DNA of 62,175 bases, counting the filler. It is 5 parts of 5 records of this genome, joined end to end, with 100 filler letters (N's around TTAATTAATTAA, not from the genome) between each part and the next. Parts side by side here need not be neighbours in the genome. Positions count along the whole stretch, not along the records: positions 1 to 10,982 come from SRR31156797_3126; 4 more parts are not named here. One strand, given 5' to 3'. Each line of letters starts with the position of its first letter. Within the stretch, counting starts at the first letter, position 1. Position numbers and translations under genes: made by a program. Under the pieces are notes generated by a model, which had not been told where the DNA came from, did no database searches, and was given only the letters and a program-made list of their open reading frames with translations. Below, piece after piece: positions 1-8,885 of the stretch.

Positions 1-368
1 CGACCCGATGCCCTTGTTGTTCTACCTTCTGAGGTCGACGTCGAATCCATACCGAGTGTGGGGTACGTCTCGTCTGTGACCGTACCAGTGAAATCGTAGG
101 TTGAACCGCCGACATAATCATCCTCCGTCTGGAACAACATCCAATCCGTCCCTGTGGAGGTTCCGTCCGCATTGAGGGTCATATGCCGGATCTTGTCAAC
201 GCGTGTGAAATCATAATTTCCCATCCTTGTTGTCGTGGATCTGCAAGACCACTGGCCAGCCCAAGCTTGAGATACTGGTTCTGCGTTTGCCTGCGTGCCC
301 CCGGTAAAGAGAACCATGGCCCCCATAATCAGAAAAAACGCCAAACTGATATTCATTGTTCTTTTCAT
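1..368 (-). CDS. Secreted hypothetical protein, 5' part only (runs off the left edge of the window)
   Basis: Not in the ORF track. Hand translation from ATG at 368 (GGAGG upstream) gives MKRTMNISLAFFLIMGAMVLFTGGTQANAEPVSQAWAGQWSC..., with a Sec-type signal peptide (A-N-A) and no stop before position 1. Confidence 0.7.
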   Translation of the reverse strand, partial: MKRTMNISLAFFLIMGAMVLFTGGTQANAEPVSQAWAGQWSCRSTTTRMGNYDFTRVDKIRHMTLNADGTSTGTDWMLFQTEDDYVGGSTYDFTGTVTDETYPTLGMDSTSTSEGRTTRASG

Positions 369-742
369 CTTCTTCTCCTCCATTTTTAGATTTTGACGAA
401 TTTATCCTGAGAGCCCATCTCTCAGAACGGTTAAGCGGCCAACTTCTGCTCACATATCCTTTGGTATGATGAAGCTGCAACAATGTGAGAGAGGTTTATC
501 AGTTGGAAGTTAAGCCCTTCAAAAAAAATACGGTATAAAGGACTCAAAAGGAAAAAATGAAAGTTCTTAACGAATTATTGGAGGAATGACTTTGGGCTGT
601 GGATTAAGGTAGCAACACACTAACGAAAAGCGGCATGAAAAAATGTACGCAGCTACGGGGCCAATTCCAGCCCCTCTACGGGCTCCTTACATTGACCCCG
701 CAACAAAACAACACCATTCAGAGCTTATCGCCCCTTCGGGGC

Positions 743-768
743 TGTCCAATCAATGGGGGTCCACTTCA
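743..768. mobile_element. Possible orphan IS3-family-like terminal inverted repeat
   Basis: TGTCCAATCAATGGGGGTCCACTTCA ends in CA, resembles IS3-type right ends and follows GC-rich hairpins (GCCCCTTCGGGGC). No transposase or partner end is seen. Confidence 0.3.
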
Positions 769-981
769 ATACGGTCAATAAAGGATTACGCGGGAACTAG
801 TGTATTGTAAACATCTAATTGTCAGAAAAAAATAATCCCTCTTTGACGTTATCCAGCCATTTTGAAGTCGATTATCTGTTTGTCCCACTTGTAGTGCCGC
901 CTACCACTGCTTCGTCTGAGCAATCAATAATATTAAACCGTTGCCATGGTTAGATATGGATAAAAGCGTTGGCAAACCCTA

Positions 982-2049
982 TCAGGCGGATATATAAACC
1001 CCCCGTTCCTTGTTCTTGATTTTCCCCTGTTGCCTGGCCCGGTAGATGATGTTTCTGATCTGGGTTTCGCCAAACCCGGTTTTTTTCCTGATCTCAGCCA
1101 CGGTAATGCCTTTTTTGCTGCCTCTCACAATCCCCACCACCGTTTCAAACAGCGTCTTGGGCTTTTTTGTTCTTGTGGCGGTCTTTTTGGGAGCTGCTTT
1201 CTTTCCGGATTTCCCCGACAAGGTTTTGGCTTTTGTCTTCTTGAGCGGGGCTGTCGGCGATTTTTTCGTTGCCTTTGCTTTGGTCCCCGTCTTCCTTCTT
1301 TTCGTTTTGGGCGTAGCGACACTTTCCATATCGATGCCGAATACGTTCGCAAGATCCGAATCATCAATGACCCTTGCGGTTTTCTTTCGGGCCTTTTTGA
1401 GCAACTTTCGGGTTTTTTCCTCCACCGCCTCCGAAACGAGGTCCTTCATTTTCACCTGTCTGAGTTTGAAAAAAAGTTCCGGGTCCTGGTCGAGCCGGGC
1501 GCCGATCCCATAGAGGGTGGCGGCCACATGTTTGCACATATAGGCCGAGTCCGGGCAGGAGCAATTAAAAGCAATCTCTTTCGGGGAAGGGAAAAGCCCC
1601 ATTCCCTGGGTCGCAAAGATCTCTCCCAGAACCTTTGGAAATTTCCCCGCCAGAAGCTCCTGCAATGAATCCAGCTTCCCTTGGGAGGCGGTCTTGATCT
1701 CCTTCCAGTTTTTTTTGCCCATGGCCTTGATCCGGATCGTTACGGAATAGGGCTTTGATCGGGACCCCTGGACCAGCGATTCAACCTCGCCCGATCGGAT
1801 TTGGAGGTCGAGAACCGCGCCGTGGCGGACGTAGCTTCGGCCCCTTCCGATACGGTTATGGTAGTCTGCGTAGGCTTCAAGGTTCTTGTTCCAGGCCTTT
1901 CCCCACCAGGTGCGGGCAATGGCCGTGCCGTCGATCACAATGGGGTTGATGTGGGGGTTTTTCTTTTTCAGCTGTTTGAGCTTTTTTGCGGCCTTTGCCC
2001 TCTTTTCCGCCACGCTTACATAAGGAGAATAGTTCCAGTAACGCATCAT
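982..2049 (-). CDS. SWIM zinc-finger protein (YwqB-like) with Lys-rich linker and C-terminal winged-helix-like domain
   Basis: WWGKAW and RIGRGRSY motifs, SWIM motif CSCPD-x4-CKH; starts 20 nt after the SNF2 stop. Confidence 0.9.
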   Translation of the reverse strand: MMRYWNYSPYVSVAEKRAKAAKKLKQLKKKNPHINPIVIDGTAIARTWWGKAWNKNLEAYADYHNRIGRGRSYVRHGAVLDLQIRSGEVESLVQGSRSKPYSVTIRIKAMGKKNWKEIKTASQGKLDSLQELLAGKFPKVLGEIFATQGMGLFPSPKEIAFNCSCPDSAYMCKHVAATLYGIGARLDQDPELFFKLRQVKMKDLVSEAVEEKTRKLLKKARKKTARVIDDSDLANVFGIDMESVATPKTKRRKTGTKAKATKKSPTAPLKKTKAKTLSGKSGKKAAPKKTATRTKKPKTLFETVVGIVRGSKKGITVAEIRKKTGFGETQIRNIIYRARQQGKIKNKERGVYISA

Positions 2050-2069
2050 CGTCTCCAGGGAATCAAAAT

Positions 2070-4757
2070 TTACAATGACAATTTGAACAGATCCATGATC
2101 TCATCATTCTTCATTTCGGTGATCCACCGATCGCCGGTGCCGGCAATGACCTCCCGGCTCAACCTGGATTTTTCTTCCAGCATTCCGTCGATTTTCTCTT
2201 CCACCGTGCCTTGGGTCAGGAATTTATGCACCACCACGTTTTTCTTTTGACCGATTCTGAAGGCCCGGTCCGTTGCCTGGTTTTCCACGGCAGGGTTCCA
2301 CCACCGGTCAAAGTGGACCACATGATTGGCCTCCGTCAGGTTCAAGCCGATCCCGCCGGCCTTGAGGGACAACACCATAAACGGAACATAGTCCGGGCTC
2401 TGAAATTGTTCAATAATCTTCTTCCGTTTCCCGACAGCCACGCTGCCGTGGAGAATCAGCCCCTTTCGTTCAAAAATGGTTTCCAGGAGGTCATGGAGGG
2501 GCTGGGTCATTTCCTTGAATTGGGTGAAGACCAGGACCTTTTCTCTCTTTTCATAGATGGTTGTGCAGATATCGCGAAGCCTCTGAAATTTGCCGCTCTC
2601 CTTTTCTTCAAACCCTCCGGCGCCCAAGTACTGGTCCGGATGATTGCAGATCTGCTTGAACTTCATGAGAGACGAAAGGATCAAGCCTTTTCTTTCTATC
2701 CCGTCCGTTTCCAGAATGGATTCCCGAATATCCTTGACCAGCTTTCCGTATAAAACGACCTGTTTTTTGCCCAAGGGGGCGTAGGTCTTCATTTCCACTT
2801 TTTCGGGAAGGTCCTTGATGACCGATTTATCGGTCTTGAGGCGCCTTAGAATGTACGGGTTGATGATGTTGCGCAGTCTGGCGTAACCCGAAGGGTCCTT
2901 GTCCAGATCTTTTGAAAATTTCTTGAATTCCCGGGCGTTTCCCAGCAGCCCCGGATTCAAAAAGTCAAAGAGGGACCAGAGGTCCGACAGACGATTTTCG
3001 ATGGGGGTACCGGTCATGATGATCCTGTTTTCGGAAGTGAGCTTTTTGACGGCCCTTGCCTGCTTTGTGCCAGGGTTTTTGATGGCCTGGGCCTCGTCCA
3101 GAATGATGTAGTTCCAGGCATGGGTTTGAAGCCATGTGAGCCTTTGAACCAAGGCATAGGTGGTAATGACCAGATCGAATGCATCCAACGCCTTGGGACC
3201 CTTGGGCGGGGCGCCTTTCTTTAGACCGGCGCTGGGATGGGCCACAAAAAACTTCATATGGGGTGAAAAGCGCTCGATTTCCTTTTCCCAGTTGGAAATA
3301 AGGGAAGCCGGTATGACGAGGAGACTGGCCTTCTTTGCATTTACGGATTTTTCTTGATCGGATTTTATGATGCTTAAAAAGCCGAGCACCTGAACGGTCT
3401 TCCCCAGGCCCATGTCGTCCGCCAGACAGGCGCCGAACTTGAGGGAATTCAGAAAGTGGAGCCAGTTCAATCCCCTTTTTTGATATTTCCTGAGTTTGGC
3501 GGTAAATGTCTTGTGGGGTTTGACCGAAGGGGTCAAGGACGGATCCACCAGTTTCCGGATCACCGATTCCAGCCATTTCCCGTTGGAGACGCCATGGTCA
3601 ACTTCCCGGGGGGGCAGCCCCAAAAACCGTTCCGGCATCAGTTGCATGCGCATGGCCTCCCCAAGGCTCAACCCTTCTTTTTCCATCATGGTTTTGGCAT
3701 TTTCATAGGCACAAAGGGTCTGGGACAGTTTTTCCCGGTCCACGGCCACCCATCTGTTTTTAATGAAGGCGAGCCCTTCCGATTCCGCCAGCAACCTTTT
3801 TGCTTCCGTTTCTGAAATCCGGACGTCGCCCAGAAGGAGTTGGGCATTGAAGCTCAAAATGGCATCCATGCCCACCTTGGCAGGTTTTTTATCCCCCAGA
3901 CTGAAATTCAGCCGGATGCCGGACCGGTTTCCTTTCCACCAGTTGGGGATCCGGCACAAAATACCCGACTCTTCGTAAATGGGGATTTCCTTGAGAAAAG
4001 TGAACGCCTCTCTTGATGTCCAGGCCAGGGGGTGAAACAGCTCGCCGTTTTCCAGGAGTTTCCCAATGAGCGGGCTTCTTTTTTCGGCCAGGTGCACCGT
4101 TGCCAGCAGTTCCAGGAGTTTTTCATCGTCATTTTCATATTCCTCTAAAGCGTGCTTTAAAGGGAGGTGTTTGGATTTCCCCTGCCGGTTCAACCGGGTT
4201 GCGTAGGTGGCCATGAAAGCAAAGGGATATTCATCGCTTTTGTTTTCCACCAGATGAAAAAATATCCTGCCCACGAGATGAACATTGGGGCTGTAGGTCC
4301 TGATAAAATCCTCAACAGACCCTTCATAAGATCGAATGGCCAGGGAAAAGGCGTCGTTCAATTCCGTCCACAAGGTTTCAAGCAATTCCAGGGTCAGATA
4401 TTCGGCGCCGGTCATCATCGGCACCTGGGTCAGGAAACTTTCCAATTCCTCAACCGTAAAGGGAATTTTCACCCGATGACGCAGGTCTTCCAGGTCTGGG
4501 GTCTGATAAAGCTTTTTGGCAAAGGATCCGGAAAAGCGTCGCCAGTAATGGAGGGAAGGGGACAGCGGAACCTGGGAATCGGAAAATCCCAGGAAGAGTC
4601 GCCATAGGTCTGTTTCGTCGGAAAACCGCTCGTAAATTTCTTCTTGCAGCAACCGGCTGTTTTGGCCGACGGCATCCGACGTATCCATCCATTCCGGATG
4701 CAACGTGCCGTTGGGCAGAATAACAAGGGTTAATTCCCGGGTGGTTTTTGGTTCCAT
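2070..4757 (-). CDS. SNF2-family SF2 helicase-like ATPase (YwqA-like)
   Basis: LADDMGLGKT (motif I), DEAQ (II), TGTPIEN (III), SLKAGGIGLNL (V), QATDRAFRIGQ (VI). Confidence 0.95.
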   Translation of the reverse strand: MEPKTTRELTLVILPNGTLHPEWMDTSDAVGQNSRLLQEEIYERFSDETDLWRLFLGFSDSQVPLSPSLHYWRRFSGSFAKKLYQTPDLEDLRHRVKIPFTVEELESFLTQVPMMTGAEYLTLELLETLWTELNDAFSLAIRSYEGSVEDFIRTYSPNVHLVGRIFFHLVENKSDEYPFAFMATYATRLNRQGKSKHLPLKHALEEYENDDEKLLELLATVHLAEKRSPLIGKLLENGELFHPLAWTSREAFTFLKEIPIYEESGILCRIPNWWKGNRSGIRLNFSLGDKKPAKVGMDAILSFNAQLLLGDVRISETEAKRLLAESEGLAFIKNRWVAVDREKLSQTLCAYENAKTMMEKEGLSLGEAMRMQLMPERFLGLPPREVDHGVSNGKWLESVIRKLVDPSLTPSVKPHKTFTAKLRKYQKRGLNWLHFLNSLKFGACLADDMGLGKTVQVLGFLSIIKSDQEKSVNAKKASLLVIPASLISNWEKEIERFSPHMKFFVAHPSAGLKKGAPPKGPKALDAFDLVITTYALVQRLTWLQTHAWNYIILDEAQAIKNPGTKQARAVKKLTSENRIIMTGTPIENRLSDLWSLFDFLNPGLLGNAREFKKFSKDLDKDPSGYARLRNIINPYILRRLKTDKSVIKDLPEKVEMKTYAPLGKKQVVLYGKLVKDIRESILETDGIERKGLILSSLMKFKQICNHPDQYLGAGGFEEKESGKFQRLRDICTTIYEKREKVLVFTQFKEMTQPLHDLLETIFERKGLILHGSVAVGKRKKIIEQFQSPDYVPFMVLSLKAGGIGLNLTEANHVVHFDRWWNPAVENQATDRAFRIGQKKNVVVHKFLTQGTVEEKIDGMLEEKSRLSREVIAGTGDRWITEMKNDEIMDLFKLSL

Positions 4758-5273
4758 TGAAAATACTCATATCCTTATCCGGCAACGCCGGAATGATTTT
4801 AAACTGTTGGCCGGGTGAATAGGGCCAAAATTTTTCCGTGAACATACCATTTTTCCGGATCAGGTCAATCCAAATTGGGGGGATGTGGGGAATTTCCATC
4901 AAAGGTTCGGTGGCCGTGATGTAAACATCTTGTGGGGTTGCATATCTTAACATACATGTTTGACCGTATTTTTTGAACATGCTACCCTTACATTGATCGG
5001 ACCCAGGTAACTAGCTGAAGCTAGGGTTATTAGTCCCGAAAATAAATCTCAAAATGCCCTTAAACATGCATTTTTAGCCCCCCCAAATATACCTTTGTGG
5101 AACAGGGGGGCAAAATTTTTTTTGCCGATTTCAGGGCTTAGATTGGATCTTTTGGGGCAGTTGGCTTCCTGGAAAATCTTGTGGTAGGATGGTCACTTGG
5201 CTAAGAGGTTCACAATTATCCCAGCAATAACCAATATAAGCCATTGTGGTGCATCCTTTGGATTGGTTCGAAA

Positions 5274-5626
5274 TTAAGGCGTTTGCAAGTCCGTTACCAA
5301 GGAATCAAAGCAAGCCTTTGCATCTGGAGAGAATTTATGAAATTTTTCCAGTTTGTCGCATGTCTGCTCATCACAAACCGCGCAGTTGTCAAGATTTTTT
5401 CCTTTACAGCACTTTCGAATGTCGCAGGACTGGCAATATGCAATCAGTTTTCCTCCTTTTGACAAGCACCCGTCACAATTAATATCTTGAGGCTTCAAGG
5501 CAAATCCGTACTCTTCTGCAAAAAAGTTGCTGTTTTTGCCCTGGCGTCATCATTGTCATTCTTCGTGGCCAGATATGTCGGACAGTCCGTACATATCAGA
5601 CCGCAATAAGCAATCATCTTTTCCAT
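5274..5626 (-). pseudogene. DUF3795-type Cys-rich protein, frameshifted
   Basis: ATG at 5626 with GGAGG RBS reads MEKMIAYCGLICTDCPTY. The C-terminal part (INCDGC...YCQSCDIRKCC...NCAVCDEQTC) is in another frame. The 353-nt span is one base short of a multiple of 3, and adding one base to the A6 run at 5520-5525 restores the frame. Confidence 0.8.
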
Positions 5627-6038
5627 GGTCAATTGACCTCCACTTGAAGATGATCGCAACTATTTCCTCGAAAAATCTCAATCTCTATTTCGTATTCGAG
5701 TTTACCCATTATTTTTTTTTGCTCCTATTTGGGGTTAATTTAAGGCGCTATAGTTCAGGCAGATGCTTTTAACCGATGCCCCATTCTTTGAATGGCCTTG
5801 AAACAGATTCATTTCGTCACCAGTATGCCGGAAATACCTGGATGTGGGAAAAGAAAACATTAAACACTTTCTTTCTAAATTCAAAACTCGTTTCCCTCAA
5901 TGGGTTGGTCCGGGGCCCTCTTAGGTAATTTTGCCGTTTACGTACCGAATCTCACTATTTGCGCAGTTTCTGCAAATAATAAATGAGTTGTTTGTCAACC
6001 CTGAAAGATGAATTAGCCTCATCGCCAGAGCCCTGCCA

Positions 6039-6677
6039 CTACTGAATCAGTACAAGTCCGGCCAGGTTCGCCACCGGTATATCCTCTGGGTTGGCGTTGC
6101 TACCGTAGGGATAGATATCCCAGCCGGAGGAAGCGATCAAATTATACACATCCATGCCCACAGCTTCCATGGAGGGCCGGGCCTTGAGTGGAAAACGACA
6201 GTTTTCACCTTTTAAGACCTGGCAGCCCAGTTTGGGGTCACAAAGAGACGAAAAGCAACTGCCGGCACTGAAACCCACGGAAATGTAATGTCCATCGTAA
6301 AAAGCAGCAGACTCCAGTCTGCTTACAATTTCCAAAATGTTTCTGAATGCTTCTTTGCGCTTCTTGTCGTTGCGGTCGCGTTTGAGCAATTTAGAACCAA
6401 CTCTGCGGACAAAAAACAAACCATGGCTGTAACCTTCCACCAGTTTTCGTATTTCGTTGGGCTTGGGCGCATGGGGCGGGCATTGGGCGCAGTTGCCATA
6501 GCCGAAACAACGGGGTACTCTACATTTAAAGGCAACGGCGTCTTTTACCGGTATTTTTGAGGCATCCACCACCCGTGCTTCATGTGCGCCCAACTCAAGG
6601 GCAAGTTGACAATATCGTTCAAGGTCTTGAGACAGACTTGCCTGATTACGGTCGGTGGTTATTCTAGCGATGGACAT
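6039..6677 (-). CDS. DUF2284-type metal-binding protein
   Basis: KCRVPRCFGYGNCAQCPP, AGSC, CRFPLKARPSMEAVGMDV motifs. Confidence 0.85.
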   Translation of the reverse strand: MSIARITTDRNQASLSQDLERYCQLALELGAHEARVVDASKIPVKDAVAFKCRVPRCFGYGNCAQCPPHAPKPNEIRKLVEGYSHGLFFVRRVGSKLLKRDRNDKKRKEAFRNILEIVSRLESAAFYDGHYISVGFSAGSCFSSLCDPKLGCQVLKGENCRFPLKARPSMEAVGMDVYNLIASSGWDIYPYGSNANPEDIPVANLAGLVLIQ

Positions 6678-6790
6678 AAATGTCTCTATTCTCCTTCATC
6701 CTCTTCCAGGTTTACAGATAGGGCCGTTGATAATTTTGAACCGGGCAATGTCAACAGTTCAAATGAAGAAAATTTCAATTCCAAAAGTCT

Positions 6791-7282
6791 TTAATCTAAA
6801 TCAAGTCTTGCTTTGCACTGATTGCATTTTGCTGCTCCCCTGAAAACCTTGTTGCCGCATTCAGGGCAGTAGTATCGCTTTTCTTCGTCTTCAATCCACT
6901 TTATGGTGCCGACCTTCTTCCTATATGGTACGGAGCGCAAAATGACCTTTTTTCCCACTGCCATCGAAAAATTTTCAATGAATGCACAAGGGAACTCATT
7001 ACACTGATGACAGCCGTCAATGCCGCGCTTTTTCGCGCAGTCTCTGATTTCACATTGACGGCAGTGCATGAAAAGATCGTCGGACAGGCATCCGCCGCAA
7101 TGTATATCCTTGGTGGAAAGATTTTGACTATTGGGAAGCGTCCCTTTGCCGGATACGTTGCCTTTGTAAAGGTTCACCAACCGTTCCTTGAACTTTTCGT
7201 TGTTATCCCTGTGAGCGATGTGGATTGCGCAAACGCCGCAATAGAGTCCGCACGGCGATGCAAAATCAGGATTTAAAGCCAT
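6791..7282 (-). CDS. DUF3795-type Cys-rich protein with C-terminal zinc ribbon
   Basis: PCGLYCGVC, CGGC, CRQCEIRDC, CHQCNEFPC, then CPECG...KCNQC; AAGGAG RBS. Confidence 0.85.
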   Translation of the reverse strand: MALNPDFASPCGLYCGVCAIHIAHRDNNEKFKERLVNLYKGNVSGKGTLPNSQNLSTKDIHCGGCLSDDLFMHCRQCEIRDCAKKRGIDGCHQCNEFPCAFIENFSMAVGKKVILRSVPYRKKVGTIKWIEDEEKRYYCPECGNKVFRGAAKCNQCKARLDLD

Positions 7283-7421
7283 TTTATTCTCCTTTATGGT
7301 TTATAGAATGTTTGCAACAGAGAGATGCTCTGAGGCTGTTGCCCTTGCGTACCAGGGAACCCTCCTTAGAAATGCGTTGACCCCTGGTTTCTCGATTTTC
7401 TCCCTAGCATCGGATCGCACA

Positions 7422-8288
7422 TCAATCCGAAATAATGCCGTAATTTCCGCTTTGATGAATATGCCTCAGGGTTTTGACGAAATCAAAATTTGAAGAGGGC
7501 ATGGATTGATATATTACTGAAAGCCGCGCCAATTCATTCAATTCTTTAAGATAATGATTCAATGGTTTTTTCGATGTCAGGTCATCGGGATGCGTCCTGA
7601 ACATCGGTTTGTCAGGATCAATCCAGCCTTTTTTAAGGTAAATCGGGGAGATGTTTCCACAGCGACACCTTTTTTCGGCATCAAAAACACCGCACTCTCT
7701 TCCCATGAATTCTTTGACACGATGGCGGGCCCGGGATAGACGCTTTCGGTAGGCAACAGGCGTAATATCCAATATGAGGCCTCCTTCTTCGCTGCTGACC
7801 CCCATAACGATATCTAAAATGAACGCCATACGATGGGAACGATCCAGCATGTGGAGCATGGCATGAATGCAAATGAATCTCGTCTCCACTTCGATATAGG
7901 ATTCCGGTGCCTGAAGAGGCTTTGAAAACCATCCTTTGGCAGCAATATTGTCCATGATTTCCTCCAAGTTTTCCTTAGAGGACACCCTTTTTTCCATAAA
8001 TGTTTTACGGACCGCTTTAAGTTTGTTTATTGCAATACTCATGACCCAGGCGAGAAAAGAGCCCTCAAACCGATAACCTCCCAATTTTGTAATGACAACG
8101 GTCAGTATTTCCTGGGCAGTGTCTTCAGCATCCAAAGGGTTCAAAAGTGTCCTTAGCGATAGGGAGTAAACAGGTTCCTGTATCCTTTTTACCAGACGCT
8201 CCAGAGCATCCGTGGACCCTCGGACTGCTTCTTTGACCAGTTGTTCGTTTGTCATTTTTTTTCCACTAGAATTTTCTTTTTCAATCAA
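7422..8288 (-). CDS. ECF sigma-70 factor with Cys-containing C-terminal extension
   Basis: Region 2 DAEDTAQE...FLAWVMSIAIN, region 4 AYRKRLSRAR, extension ECGVFDAEKRCRC. The start may be ATG at 8255. Confidence 0.85.
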   Translation of the reverse strand: MIEKENSSGKKMTNEQLVKEAVRGSTDALERLVKRIQEPVYSLSLRTLLNPLDAEDTAQEILTVVITKLGGYRFEGSFLAWVMSIAINKLKAVRKTFMEKRVSSKENLEEIMDNIAAKGWFSKPLQAPESYIEVETRFICIHAMLHMLDRSHRMAFILDIVMGVSSEEGGLILDITPVAYRKRLSRARHRVKEFMGRECGVFDAEKRCRCGNISPIYLKKGWIDPDKPMFRTHPDDLTSKKPLNHYLKELNELARLSVIYQSMPSSNFDFVKTLRHIHQSGNYGIISD

Positions 8289-8791
8289 TTGTTATGAATG
8301 CGCTTTATAACGTCAGAAAATTTTTAGACGTTTAAAAAAATTATTAGTTTGTCCTTGTTTATTATAGAGTATTTTAACAAATGATTGTGACTGATTTTTC
8401 GGATAAAATTTCGAAATTGCATTTTAATATTAAAAAGGGAAGTCACCATTTTGGGAAGGAAGGGGCAACACCTGCTTTTTTACCAACTGATAGGTTTTCG
8501 CATTTTCATGAATCAGTATGGCTTTTACATTTATTGCCTTTCATTTTGTTTGTGCAACAATTTAACATTTCATAAGTTCTGTTCCTGGTATCTTTAACAT
8601 TAACCCTTGACACGTAAGGGAACCCATGTTGCGCAACGGCTGTTGTTTAATCTGAAGGGGAATATTGCATGACACCGAAAGTCAAGTTTAAATTGGGGGA
8701 GGAAGGTACGAACCTTTTCCATGAAATGCCAAGATGAATCATTTTCACTCTTCAGAAGGAATATTTTGCGAAAACCGGATAAATCTGATTT

Positions 8792-8855
8792 TGCATCTAA
8801 AGTCAATCGATATGCATGGACGGTCATTGATGAGAGTTAAAAAAGACCGTATGCT
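8792..8855 (+). promoter_or_regulatory. Putative sigma70 promoter with tandem AraC-type direct repeats
   Basis: TGCA-N6-GTCA at 8792-8805 and 8813-8826 (21-bp period), then TTGATG (8827-8832), 17 nt, TATGCT (8850-8855), upstream of the hydrolase. Confidence 0.55.
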
Positions 8856-8885
8856 TTTTCCGGTATTTTTAATGCAATGAAATAA

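Noticed and set aside
1030..1668. Plus-strand ORFs of 212 aa and 155 aa
   Set aside because: Antisense shadows of the SWIM gene; the hydrophobicity just mirrors Lys codons
4450..4980. 176-aa ORF overlapping the SNF2 start
   Set aside because: Overlaps SNF2 by about 300 nt in another frame and has no recognisable motifs
5770..5930. Possible small ORF or TGA read-through between the DUF genes
   Set aside because: No convincing start, redox motif or SECIS-like hairpin could be identified
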